From Lingula anatina (lineage: Eukaryota; Animalia; Brachiopoda): DNA of 64,000 nucleotides. The stretch is taken from contig CM120640.1 in NCBI GenBank assembly GCA_051362555.1, positions 7,936,001 through 8,000,000 on the forward strand. Direction: 5' to 3'. Below the pieces are notes generated by a model that saw nothing but the letters and a program-made list of their open reading frames with translations, had not been told where the DNA came from and ran no database searches. The position numbers were made by a program, and so were the translations under genes. This document shows, in pieces, positions 43,714 through 56,733 of the stretch; within the stretch, counting starts at the first letter, position 1; each line of letters opens with the position of its first letter.

Positions 43714-44322
43714 ATGGGTATCACTTATGTGAAACCAACAGATGGGTTCAATGCTGCTGAAAGAGAAGTCAACAAGGCATGTAAAAGTACCTTTGACAGA
43801 ATGTTTTGTATGAAAACTGCGACAGGAAAAGGAAATGTAAGTGAAACATAGACAACCATTAAAAGCACATACACACAAGGCAATTGTCTCACAGATGGAG
43901 TTAATGACTCAGCTCACCAAAATGTTAAGGCTTGCTGATTACTTAGATTTGCATTATTATATAGTGATAATGACAAATTAGAAACTACTTCATTGTCGAA
44001 ACATAATTATTAAATATATTATAGGTACTATCTGTTGCTAACTTTTACATGATAATGACTTTTATTTATATTGTAAGTTGGAAAAAAACCTAAGCACTTA
44101 TTTTAGTTGTTAAATATTATGGTATCACTATTTTCTTTTGATTTTCAGATTGTTAATGCATACTTCTGGCTCGGAGTCGTTGCATATTTTGTCCTTAAAA
44201 GGAGGAACAAGCAAAAGAAAGAATTAAAAGAGAAAGAAGAAATGGAAAAGCAGAAGATAGAAGTTGCTTATGATATTGTACGGCAGTATGAACAGGCTAT
44301 AGCAAATAATCAGAAGATTTAA
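43714..44322 (+). CDS. ATP synthase membrane subunit k (ATP5MK/USMG5/DAPIT)-like protein, copy 1, 98 aa, with C-terminal extension
   Basis: Exons 43714-43836 and 44149-44322: MGITYVKPTDGFNAAEREVNKACKSTFDRMFCMKTATGKGN/IVNAYFWLGVVAYFVLKRRNKQKKELKEKEEMEKQKIEVAYDIVRQYEQAIANNQKI. The core aligns with human IKKYFNSYTLTGRMN/CVLATYGSIALIVLYFKLR, including the phase-0 intron after TGxxN. Lies head-to-head with PDCD11, as human ATP5MK does. Confidence 0.78.
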
Positions 44323-45108
44323 TAAAATTCGAAATTAGGAACTTTGAAATTTACTTATAGAACTCTATACAATACTGAGTGGATATTTGATGTTTGTTTA
44401 CCTGTTGAGGGAATTCACAAAGAGAGACACATTGCACTTAAATAAGGATACGGATTTGATTGAACTGTTGAAATACACTCGCGTCACAGAGTTAACTTTA
44501 GAAAGTGGAGCATAACAGCATATGTGAAAAAGAGTTCTTTAGGTACAAAAAAGCGTAAATTCAATATTGAGAATATAACAATGTCATATTTCTTGGTTTT
44601 CTAGTTGAATCAGTAATTAAATAAACCTTGATCGTTATTTCTCTTTTTATGGTTCTTAATTTACAAATGGTAACATTTCTGTAACAATTTGATATATGTC
44701 ATCTGCTGCTGTTTAACTAATTATTGGAGTTTAGAGAGCTGGAGATTTTTTGTAAAAGCTGGGACTAGCTGACATACTGTGGCATAGAAATTAATCTAAT
44801 ACATAATTAAATATGAAAAAGAAAGTTTCTCCTTGCATCAGGGGTAAAATGTTTTTTTGTATGTTATGAATGAGATCACACTTTTACCAACCCTTGCCCA
44901 TTTCTAAAATGTTGGGTATGTTGCGTAACAATGAACATGGACAAACATTAGTTTCAAAAAATATTAAAAGTCTCCAGTTTTACTTATTTGGATTAACCAG
45001 TCCCTGTTATTATTTGAGCCCATATCATAATATTCCATTCAGTATTCGTCAGCAGTATTGTGACTAAAATGACACCTAGATCTACCTTTTTCAATGAACA
45101 TCACAAAT

Positions 45109-45282
45109 CTGGGGTAGCGCTAGCAATTTTTTTTCACTTAGCCAAATCACCACATTTTTGTCAATTTGTTATCAAAATGGTTATAATTTGGCTAAAATAT
45201 GTCAAATCAAGCCCTTTTTCTTTAGCCAATTTAAGTCAGTTTTAGCATTTGGCTAAATTGGCGAGTGTTAGCGCTACCCCAG
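45109..45282. mobile_element. 174-bp MITE, hAT-like termini, 5-bp TSD
   Basis: TIRs CTGGGGTAGCGCTAGCA / TGTTAGCGCTACCCCAG (16 of 17 match), TSD CAAAT at 45104-45108 and 45283-45287, internal TTAGCCAA/TTGGCTAA subterminal repeats. Confidence 0.88.
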
Positions 45283-46413
45283 CAAATATAAATCGTCATC
45301 ATCATAAACATCATCAAAATTACTTGCCTGAAATTCCCTGATATGGAATGACACTCACATTTATGTAAGTTAAATGATTAGAAAAGGTTACTTCCAGTAG
45401 CCTTAAGTGAGGTACATTTTTATTCAACTTATTGATTCTTACTTAGTCCAGTTGACTGGTTTTAAGAAAATGAATTTCCTCAGCTAGACTGTTACAGTAA
45501 GGGAAGGCAGTGAACAACATGATAGCACTATACAAAATTTTTTTGTAAGCAAAAGAAAATTCAGTCTTCCTTTCACAAAAAAGGAAAAGTAAAACAAAAA
45601 AACAGTTTAACAATTATGGGTGGACATCACATGGATAACAAAAATTAATAATATATAGATCTAAAGTAGTCTTATTTTTGTTCAACATATCCGATTTTGA
45701 CATCTCCTTTTTGAACTTTACATTTACATAATAATATTTTCTCTTCCAAGTGGTACAAAATGGAAACTCTATCCCTAATAATGTCTACATATCTTAACAA
45801 CTGCAACCAGTTCACATTCACATCTAACAACTCAAAAGAGGCTAAGGTCCGATAACACCACTATCTTTCGCTAAATATAAGTTTTCTAATGAACTTATGT
45901 CACAACAAATGATCCAACTTCAGGCTTTCTTCTGAGAAAATAAACTGTGCTGTAACTTTAGCCCAGTAGCGTTTTATCTTTATGAATACTACTCTCACTA
46001 GTACCGTGGTACTACTTAATTTGCATCAGTTGAAGCCGAAAGCTTAGATCTAAGGTTCCTGGGTACGAGTAGGTAGCTAAAAATTACACATGTAAACTCT
46101 GGTATTTAGTTCCAATAAATTATACTGTTATGTGGATATGTTTTTACTTGGTAAATCTGAATTTAAAAAAAAACACAGGCTGTTATATGGCGAACCACTC
46201 ATGTTTTGTTACCCGACTACACGATTAGACGCATGTATTCAGTAGCGTTTGCCTGTGACCGTATTTTCTTTTGAGGTCACTGCACATGCGTGTTGCCTTT
46301 AGGGCAGCCATATTGAGAGTGCACAGAAAGAAAAACTTTTTGTTTAGTGTAATTTTTTTTCATAGGAAAGTAAAATGGGTTTTCTAAGATGATGAAATGA
46401 AAAGAAACGAACA

Positions 46414-49400
46414 ATGGCCTGTTTCAAGACTTTGAAGGAGGATATAAAGCTTTTGGAGACCACGTTTCCGAAGAATCACGAACGATTTCAGGTCGTTTCC
46501 GCGTCTGTTGATGAATTGACTTGTCGATTTATCACGAAAAGCGGAGAACGTTTGGAAATTCACGCAAACATTACAGTGAGTATCCTGGGATAATTAAAAG
46601 GACCACATTATACTCCATTTCTTCCTAGATAATGAGGGAAATCATGTAGGGTATATATAATTGTATGTAAAGCATTTGGCACGGTTAACTGATGAAAGTT
46701 GAAAAGACATGTCTGAAGGAAGGCTTCATTTGCACATTAACCATCTCTTTCCCCCTCTTTTAAAATTAACTAATGCACAGGGACATGTAAAAATGTAAAT
46801 ATTCTTTCATATGTACATTTATTCAAGAACGCTTTTCTAGATGTGGGAAAGGAGATTATGTCCACCAGGAGGCTTTGTTTAACTGCCATGATCATTTTTC
46901 CATCTCCGGCATACCTATTTTACTATTTTCAATATTAACTGAAGGTGCATATAAAATTATTTAGATGTCAGCCTCAAAATAGACCCTGTCATAATCCATC
47001 TGCAGTCACTGGATGCAGCTTTGCAAGGATTTTTGGAGCTGATAATTAATAAATGTTATCTCAGTAGCAGAAAAAAAAACAAACACTTTATATCATGTAT
47101 GAAATCAGTAGGTGACAGATGATGGGATAAAGACAGAGTTTAAAAGAAATTTATATAGTAAGTATGTGCTGAAAACGGTAGCTGGGTATTTCCGTCAGCC
47201 TTCAGAGTGGGTCACTGCTCAACTTCTCAAATGAATATAATACATATCTTGTTTTAGGAAACCTATCCTCAGACAGCACCGATCTGGTTTTCAGAGACTG
47301 AAGATGCTACAGTATCAACTGCCATAGAACAACTCTGTGATACCACCCCGGAAAATTTCACTGTAAGATTCATTTTTATATTATGATAATGTTGTCATGG
47401 TGGAATTAGCCAAAATTCCTCTTTGCAGTTTCATTTTTTGCACCACTTCCCAATCCCATGAGTTGATGTGAAAAGTGGAATCCCTTTTGTTTTCAGATTA
47501 TAAGACAGGTCCAAATGTTGGTGAGCATACTCAGTCAGCTGCAAGATTTGCCATTGCCACAAGAAATCAGAGGTCTAGACAGGACGTCAACAATTAAAGT
47601 AAGTGAGAAATTAAAGATCCCTATTTATTTTATTGTATTGTGTTAAGATGCATCATATACCAGAATTAGGACAGATTTGAGTTCAATACATTCTATAAGT
47701 TAACACTTTGAACACTACAAGACTTTATCTATGCAAAAAATCTAAAATTCCATGCCAGGTGTTAGCTTGAGTGTACATCATTTAAATTCTAAGATAATAA
47801 TTTCAATATCCTTTCAGAATCATCACTCATCTACTTCTAAAGACACAGAGTTATTTGAAGAGGAAGATGAAGATGAAATAGAAGATCATGATGACTTGCA
47901 TTATGAGATGGAAGAGGAGCAACAGTAAGTGTTTTTACATCAGTGTAAGGTGGAGAAAAAGTATTTTCGTTTGGATTTATGCCTAGTTTTGTTAGAATAT
48001 TTGTCTGTTTTGATTCAATTTTACAGCACAGAATAAAGAAATATTTATTGCTAATAACTCTCAGAATCATTGTAAATTGCAATGAGCGGATGTGTCTCTG
48101 CTGTCCAATACAATTGTTGAGGTATATTCTTTTATAATTTCAAATTTTCACCATCTTCTTTACTTAGATATCATTGAATCTGTTTCTTTGAATTAAATTA
48201 ATGATTAAATGAATGTATCTGTGCCAAATTGAATGTCTGTTTTTAATTGGTGATACCTACCCAGAAAGCAGTGATCTTCTAGTTATGCCTGAAGTTTAAC
48301 TTTTCTTAATTGCCAGAGAAAGCAAAGCCAAAGAAGATATTGATGGAATAGATACAGAAAACCTTGTGACTCTTGAAAAATTAAAACAAAGCCAGAGACA
48401 AAATTATCTTCAGGTGAGAGAAATGCTACCAAAGGCAGGTGTGTCATTATAGGCATTATGTACATTGATGTAAATGGAATTAGCACTTTGAAAAAGTTAA
48501 TAGGCATTCTGTACATCAATATAAATGGAATTAGCACTTTGAAAAAGTGTCTTTGTTTCGGTATTAACAAAACTCTTATGCCGAGACTTCATTTGCAAAA
48601 GAAAAGTGTTAATGTTATGTGTATTTGAGGTTTGTAATGTTATGTGTTTAAATTCTAGGGTGCAGTGACTGGTTCTATTCAAGCTACAGATCGCCTTATG
48701 AAAGAATTAAAGGAAATTTATCGATCAGCCAGCTTCAAGAGTGGTAAGAAAAGAGTTGATTTGACCTTTTTAACAGTCATACAGTAACAATTATATATAT
48801 CACATTTTTTTTGTATTCCCGTGAAGTTTTGTTTGATATAAAAAAGTCAAAAAGTTTTACGTCGTCAAGCTACAAACAATACTGTTGCATTTAGACAATT
48901 TAAGACATATTTCTTACTGCCGTAGACCTTGTGATTTTTTCATACTTTATCCTTTTTAGGAACCTACTCAGTAGAGCTAGTCAATGATAGTTTATATGAA
49001 TGGAATGTGAAAATATATAGGTGAGTATATTTCAGGGACAGTTTGAAAATATGAATTTTTTTTCTTTCTGCATGTCATATTTTGTTTAGAATTATAAAGT
49101 ATAACTTAATTCATAATGCCAGTATTTTGTTTTCATTCAGAATCATGACCAAAACTAAACATTGATGTTCTGATGAAATATCCAAGGTCATTCTTTCTTA
49201 ACTTAACATCTTATGGTGTCTACATATAAAAAAATTGCCAAGAATTGTCTGTGACCGCTCCATTTTTTGCAAACTCTTGATAAAAAAAGTAGATTTCTAC
49301 AATGGTACAGCTAGCTTTTAGCATGGCACATAATAATGTGTATTAACAGTCTTGACAATTCTGTTGAAGACCTTTATATTAATCATGTACCAAAACAAAG

Positions 49401-52400
49401 AAAAAATTCGGAATATATTGTGTTAAAACATAATTTTCTTTCATTTTTTTTTTAATTCTGCAGAGTTGACCCGGACAGTGCATTGCATAAGGATCTCATG
49501 GATTTCAAGAAATTAAAAGGACAGGAACACATAACTATGAACCTCCTTTTCAAAGTATGTGATAGTGTCTGATATAAATAATATTTATGTTATGCTGTTT
49601 ATTTTATTTTTTTCAATCTGTACATCTTTTTGAGATGATGTAAGGGACATAGGGATATTGTTTGAAAAGAAGGGATGTAAAGTGAGAAACAGATGAAAGG
49701 TGAAATCTTTGAACAGATGAAATGTGGAAATTTTTTTTTCTTGATGATTGCTGTTGAACATAAATATAAGCATACAAAATATATATTACAGTAGTATGAA
49801 TGTAGCTTGTATTTGAACATTGTTGCAAAATTAACTGACTCAAATTTATTTCAAAGGATTCCTTCCCATTTGACCCTCCATTTGTCCGTGTGGTCCAGCC
49901 CATCATATCTGGAGGTTATGTTCTGGGGGGTGGTGCCATATGTATGGAACTGCTCACAAAACAGGTAACCCCTTCTTTAAAGCTGACAGAATTGATAATA
50001 GGTCTTATGTAATTGTTTTTTTTTTTTAATTGTATAGAATACAGCAGAAAAAGTAAAAATTTTTTTATTGATTGATTGATTGATTGAATGCCTTTTCCAA
50101 CAGGGCTGGACCAGTGCCTACAGTCTGGAGTCTCTCATCATGCAGATAACTGCCACTCTGGTGAAAGGCAAAGCAAGAATCATGTTTGGTGCAAATAAGG
50201 TATGCTTACTGCTCAATATGTGTGTGTTTTTTTTTTTACAATCTGTAATTAGATGGTAACATTTGAAGTAAAATATTGCAATTCAGATTGAAGGCACTTG
50301 TTTCTTATTGTGACTTTTTATGTACAGACACAGATGTGTCTGTACATATTGCCATCACCTGCGTCTGTCGTCGCCGTCGCCGATCATGTCGCCGTCGCTG
50401 TCGCCGTCGCCGTGCACTTTCAGCGTTAACACCACAAGTGGAAGACAGTTTTACTTTTTGGCTTTATATTTACAGAGCTGACTAATATTCATAAAACGCA
50501 GGTCAAGTTCGAAAATCAGCATGATCGGGCCATTATTGTAGGATTTATGCTGTTTTTTCACTTTTTAGCATATATGCAACACTGTTAACACATTTCAAGG
50601 AAAACCGATAGACCTGTTGTCATGAAACTCACAGGAGTAATCAATCTTACTAAAACGCAGGTCAAGTTCGAAAATCAGCATGATCGGGCCACTATTTTAC
50701 TAGTTATGCTGTTTTTTACACTTTTCAGCATATATGCAACACTGTAAACACAATATAAGAAAAACAGATGGGCTAATTGTCATGAAAGTCACAGGAGTGG
50801 TCAATTTTACTAAAATGCAGGTTGAGTTCGTAAATCAGCATTATAATCGTGCCATTATTTTAGAAGGTATGCTGTTTTTTCACATTTCCTCAGATTCAAT
50901 TTTTAGGCATGTTAACAGTCTCATTATTAAACTAATAAGATACATGAAAGTGTTTGTTTGACATTTCCTGCATCTTTACAACATTGTTAGTTGATTTTGT
51001 AAAAATGATGGTAAACATGTTATCGTGTATTGTGTAATAAAGTTTCAAAAATGGAAATAAACTCATATCATTGCAATTTGTCAGATTCAATCATTCACTA
51101 TGTTCAGAATCTCAGAATGGAAGAAATTGGACATTTAACACTGCTCTATTGATATTTTTCTCATCACATCAATTTTCTTAGTTGATCATATAAAAATGGC
51201 AGTAAACTGTTAATTTTGTTTTATGTTAAAAATTGTTAAAAATGGGGGAAAAAACATTTCAGAACAGTGCTGTCTTGTTTACCTTTCGGCATTTTCAAGT
51301 TGTGACTTTGAAGTTCCATGGGCCTGAAGACCTTTGCTAGTCACATTTTCTGAATATCCATGATACTAATATTTTATTATTAAAAATTGATGGTCATTAT
51401 GCTGTTAAACATTATGTAAAATTGCATCAAAATCTGAAAAAAAAACTATTTTGGGCACTGCTCCCATGATTACCTTTTAAGAAAAACCATGTCACTCACT
51501 GTTCTCAAACTTACAGGAAAGAAACATGGGACTAAAATACAGCTTCAGTAGGCAATGCAATCTGCCAGATAAACAGTTTTTTTGTGAAAATTTAATTTTT
51601 TACATATTGGCATTTTCAAGGTGTGACTTTGAAGTTCCACAGGCTTGAAGACCCAGGCTAGTCACATTTTCTGAAAATCCGTGATACATATATTTTGTTA
51701 TTAAAAATTGATTGTCATTTTGCTGTTAACCATTATGTAATATTGCATCAGAATAGAAGAAAACACAATTTTGGGTGCTGCTGCCATGATGACCATTATG
51801 GGAAAACCATGTTACTTATGATTGCCAAACTTTCAAAAAAGAAATACAGGACTAAAATGCAGCCTGAGTTGGAAAAGCAGTCTAATTGACTTCTTTTTCT
51901 GGAAGTTTTACATTTTCAAAGTGTGAACTTGAACTCCCATGGGCCTGAAGCCTTATGCTTGTTTCACATTTTACTTAAATTGGTATTACCTGTTGAGCAT
52001 AATTAAAATTTGATGTTGAATTTGCAGTTTAACATAATGTACTTTTGCATCAGAATTGACAGTAGCCTATTTTGTTATTTCCTGCTTTTTGTCTGTACAT
52101 TTGACAGCTTTGCTGCCTTGTTATGTAATAGTATGTTATTGCAAAGGATATTTTATCATTAGTACTTTATGGATGTGTTAAATACTATCTTAGACATTAT
52201 ACAAATTGGAGAAAGTTCTGTCAAAGGGCAATTCATTTGATATACATCAATATTTTTATTTGCAGAATCAGTACAGTTTAGCAAGAGCTCAACAGTCTTT
52301 TAAATCTTTAGTGAAGATTCATGAAAAAAATGGTTGGTGCCTTTTCGTAATAGTCTTTTTGTATCTAGTAATTAACATTGTTTAAATGTTTTACAACAAG

Positions 52401-52742
52401 ACAAAAGACGATATTCAGATATCGTTGGTAATCATTGACTTTCAGTATCAAGTTATATATAAACTAATTTAACTAATTTAAATATTACTTTCTGAGATAT
52501 TTTATGATTTAAATATCTCAGAAAGTAAGTTACTGATGCTGTCTGAACAGTTCGTTTTAGATCTGGCTTTGTTAACTTGTGTTTTTTTTTCTCTTTTTTT
52601 TTTAATCAGCCTTCCTCAGACTGATAGTAAGATGACTGACTGCAAGATGATGTTACAGCTATGACTGTTATCAATGTCCATTAATACACATGATTTGTGT
52701 TACTTTTCAGGTTGGTTTACTCCCCCAAAAGAAGACGGTTGA
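46414..52742 (+). CDS. UBE2Q: Ubiquitin-conjugating enzyme E2 Q (UBE2Q1/UBE2Q2 family), 370 aa, 12 exons
   Basis: Exons 46414-46575, 47258-47362, 47497-47598, 47818-47924, 48317-48413, 48659-48743, 48960-49020, 49464-49554, 49857-49964, 50104-50199, 52266-52332, 52711-52742 (1113 nt). RWD-like N-terminus ([28 protein letters not shown]), [28 protein letters not shown], active site [14 protein letters not shown], terminal [14 protein letters not shown]. Confidence 0.96.
48449..48548. repeat. Two-copy 51-bp tandem duplication in UBE2Q intron 5
   Basis: ataggcatt(a/c)tgtacat...aaatggaattagcactttgaaaaagt occurs at 48449 and 48500. Confidence 0.85.
50315..52119 (+). mobile_element. Complete non-autonomous Helentron-associated element (HINE/DINE-1-like), about 1.8 kb, in UBE2Q intron 10
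   Basis: T-run, then subTIR plus inverted copy ATGTACAGACACA-ga-TGTGTCTGTACAT (50320-50347), (CGTCGC)n microsatellite, about 160-bp and about 320-bp internal repeats, 3' subTIR TGTCTGTACAT (52090-52100), short hairpin GACAGC-ttt-GCTGCC (52103-52117), then TT. Confidence 0.85.
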
Positions 52743-54544
52743 GGTTCTCCATAAAATAGAAATCTAGGGATTCTTCAACTTAATTCAACACACCTATCAA
52801 GCAATATTGAAGCTCGAGGCATTTTAATGAGATAAACTCATGATCTCAAAACTAAAGAGAAAGATAAGCAGAACTAATGGCTAATTTTGCACCAGTTGGC
52901 TGTTGAGCAGCATTGGAAAGGAACAGAAATTTTGTGAAATTGGCCAGGAAACATTTGTCCTTGTTTACGTATTACTTTAGAAAAATATTCGAAGGACTTC
53001 CATTTATTATTGATAACTGCTTGATGCAGTCGCCACGCTGATTGAAAATGAAATTATTTTGATATAATTAATACTTGTAACTTGAATAACTGCAATGTGC
53101 TTTCCAGCAGTAATTCCTCTATGACTTCTGCATGCATGATATGACAAATACTGTTGCTGTATCATGAGTTGGCTTGATTAACAGAATATTGACCTTTATA
53201 ATGCCTAGACATTTTGCATCATGCTGTACCCATTTTTGCTATAGTATCATCAGCCACATCAAGCAGGAAGGGATAATTCTGTTTTAGTAATGTTACGTTT
53301 GGGTTAATATTTTATATAAGTGGACTATTTGTTTTTATCACAGACAAATAGGTGGTGTAATATACTTTAAACACACATCTTCTGTCCATTAATTTTTCAG
53401 TGTATCAAGTAAGCATAAGATGTGTAAAGAAAATTAAAAGTGAATGGGTTCTAGTTGTAATTTGGTTAAAAAACACAATACATATTCTTTAAAACGACTT
53501 TGCAGATTTTTTTCATCGGTCATGGTAAATGGTGGTTTTTTAACACTTTGCATGTTACCCTGAAGAGGTGTCCACACATTCAACGGATAGTTGAATTGGG
53601 GATGGCATTATTTTAGTATTTAGCAATGGTTATTAATAGTTTTTATTCAGTTAAAATGACCCTTGATTTTTGCAACAAAGTTTTTGATACCACCACCACT
53701 TTCATGTAGACGTTAGTGTGAAATAAATGTATTTGTGTATTTATTAAAACCTGATTCAACCTTTTGTTTCTTAATAATCAACATGTAAAATGACTGCCTG
53801 CACACTTATCTTGCAGAAGAAATTATACCTCGCCCTTTAATGAAGATGCATTATATTGTGTGCATGTCCAGATCTTACTGAAGCCACAGTGGGAGCAGGT
53901 GCTGGATCCTATGTACATTTCTTGTTATCGCCATAATCTTTAAATAATAAAGTAGGCAACTTCATGTGATTTAAGTTTAATTTTGCTGTACCATTATTAG
54001 CAAGAGGTCTGTGCTGCAAACACCTTTATGTACAAAGCACTATTACCTGTACAACTCGAAAAAAATACAGCAAACGGCACTGAAGATAAATTACAACTGA
54101 AATCACCTGCCCCAAAATTTTATCAATGCCTGTTGATTTTCTCAGATGGCCGAGAGACCATTACAGGATTAAACGGTCTTCCTTTCATGTAGGGTCTGCC
54201 ATATTTGAACCTTGGACCAGTTGATACTCGGATCTTCTATTCTGAATGGCCCCATAGATTGTAAAAAAAAAAAAAGAACACGTTCCCCATTTCTATTTTG
54301 TTTTGAATGTTTGTGCAAATATTTGCATTAAGAATGTTATGTGTCCTTGACAAAACCTTATTACAAGAAAGCACGATAGCAATAATCTTAAAAATCTTGA
54401 AAATGCCCTCATTACCGATATTGGGTTGCCTCTTGGGGCTGCATAATATCGACGCACAACATTGCCCACTTTACTTTACAAGAGTGAAGAGGAGAAAACG
54501 TGAGAGGAGTCGAAGTTCCCTGCTAAGGGCAAACATTTTGCGGC

Positions 54545-56698
54545 ATGGACAAATTCAACAAAGGAAAGGAGATGCTAGGTGATGTAACGTAAGTCTGACT
54601 TAAATGAAAATGAGCTGTGTCTTGAGTCGAAGGGTCTTAATATTATTAAATTATCCAAGTCTAACCGATCAAAGCCAACGTGATCACAAATCTCGATTCC
54701 TCGAATAGAATCTGATGACACTTGTTCGATTTCACAGTGCACTCTTCTTTTTTTGCGTCATCATCAATGGTGAAGCATCTTGACAAAATATTGATTAGTG
54801 CAGGAACCCATAAAAGGAAACGGACTATTTCTGTACACATACTCAGTGTTTCCCCTGGCTTTCAAGCTCTGCGAGGTGGTAGGCAGTCCGCGATCCCAGC
54901 AATACTAGGGGGGTCCGGGGGCATGCCCCCCCGGAAAATTTTTTAAACCGAGGTGCAATTTGGTGCATTTTAGGGTATTTAGAACTGATTTTTTTTACAT
55001 TTTATGTCGCACTGCATTGTCTTGTTTTAGATGTTTTGAGGAGTAAATTCAGTAATAACATAACAAAGGTTTGGACAAAATTTATTTTCCAGTCTGAGCA
55101 TTCACTCAGTTTAGTCCTTTTCAGTTTATAGAACATACTCTTTCAAAAAAAAAAAAAAAGTTAATACTTTCAAAAAAAAAAAAAGTTAACTACTTTAATA
55201 CTTACAAGAAACGAGAAAAAGGGCTTACTACATTGAATTATTTTTAAATTGACCAAAAAGTTGATAAAATATGTTGTTTTTACCGTTTTCACATTCTTGT
55301 GAAAGTAACTGGTCAATTGACTTTGCGTGTGGGAGCGCTTCATCCTAATATAAAACTGCCGCAAAAAGTTCTCTCTTGTCGTTCAGCGCAAAGCGACTCC
55401 CGCTACTAGTTATACGTAGTTTGAGATGTAATTTATAATCAACAACTTCAAACACCGTTAAATGAATTCTTCGGAATTAAGGAGATGAAAATCACACTTA
55501 TCATCAATTTTAGTTCTTCATTTATTCATGTTTATGGTTCTATTCAGTCATGGAAATTCATATTCAATGCATAGGTTTCCACGCGAAATACTGACGTGAC
55601 CCAGTTTTACAACGCTGCTGCTTTCACAAAACTCACCCGTAAATCAATAGAAAATCTTCTCCAAGTTTATAAAATCAACGAAGTCCACTTTATTTGCTCC
55701 TTTTTTATCAGTGAATATTCGTAAACTATAAAAACAAACAACAGGCGGTCTGAATTTCGGAACATGAAGTGATAGAGAAAGTGCATTCTTGACACGTGAT
55801 TAAATGGTGTCAAGAACAGTTGCCTCGTTTCACTTTGTCTCTTATACTTCAAATAAGGCACAGAACTGCGAAAACGAGGCACTCACAGGGTGATAGTAAC
55901 TGCTGGTTATTTTTAGGCATACGCGCATGCGTATTTCCGATACTACTAAACCAAGTGCTCAGAAGCATGGGATTACGTATGTAAACAGAAAATGCCATAT
56001 TTGCTTAGAAATAAATATAATTTTCAGTTAGCATGAGTGAAAATATACTTTGTTGTTCCATATAGCCCAGCGAGGCGGTGCTTTTGACAAATTTCAGCGA
56101 GGCGCTTGCAAATATCAGCGAGGCGGGCGCCTCGCTCATTTAAGTGCAGGGGAAACACTGCATACTAATAAGTGTAGCACTAGCAGTAGTAAATTAGCAT
56201 TTGCGTCAGACTCATTGAGGCAGATAAGCATATCCTAATTTCTAAAGGACTAGGGGGTGACATGTAAAGTGGCATGAAGTCACACCAAATGATGTGGACT
56301 TAAGCAGTATGCCTCCCTTAATAACAAGCCAAAGACTAGAAAGTAGATTGCAAAAGGAATTTATTTGAACAGCAGGGATCAAAGTTACCATTTAACTCAA
56401 TTTCAAAAAAGAAAACGATCAAAAATTCAAGGTTTGCAGGGGAGTGGGGGGCATATTCATAATAACCAATGGCTAGTGTAATCATTAGATTTAAACATGC
56501 AACAGGGCAAGTTTTTTTTATTCACCCCCACCCAAATAAATTATTATGAGATATAAAATAAGACCACCAATAATTCTGTAAAGCTGTTTTATCCAGAATT
56601 ATGGATGAAAAAATTAAGTGATGTTAAAAAAGGGAAGTTAGCCTGGTCATTGAAGGCAACAAAATGGGCTTGAAGAGTTTATTCCTTGAAAACTTCTT

Positions 56699-56733
<35 letters not shown>

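Noticed and set aside
50276-50485. Arg-rich, protamine-like ORF ([16 protein letters not shown])
   Set aside because: It is a translation of the (CGTCGC)n microsatellite of the HINE element.
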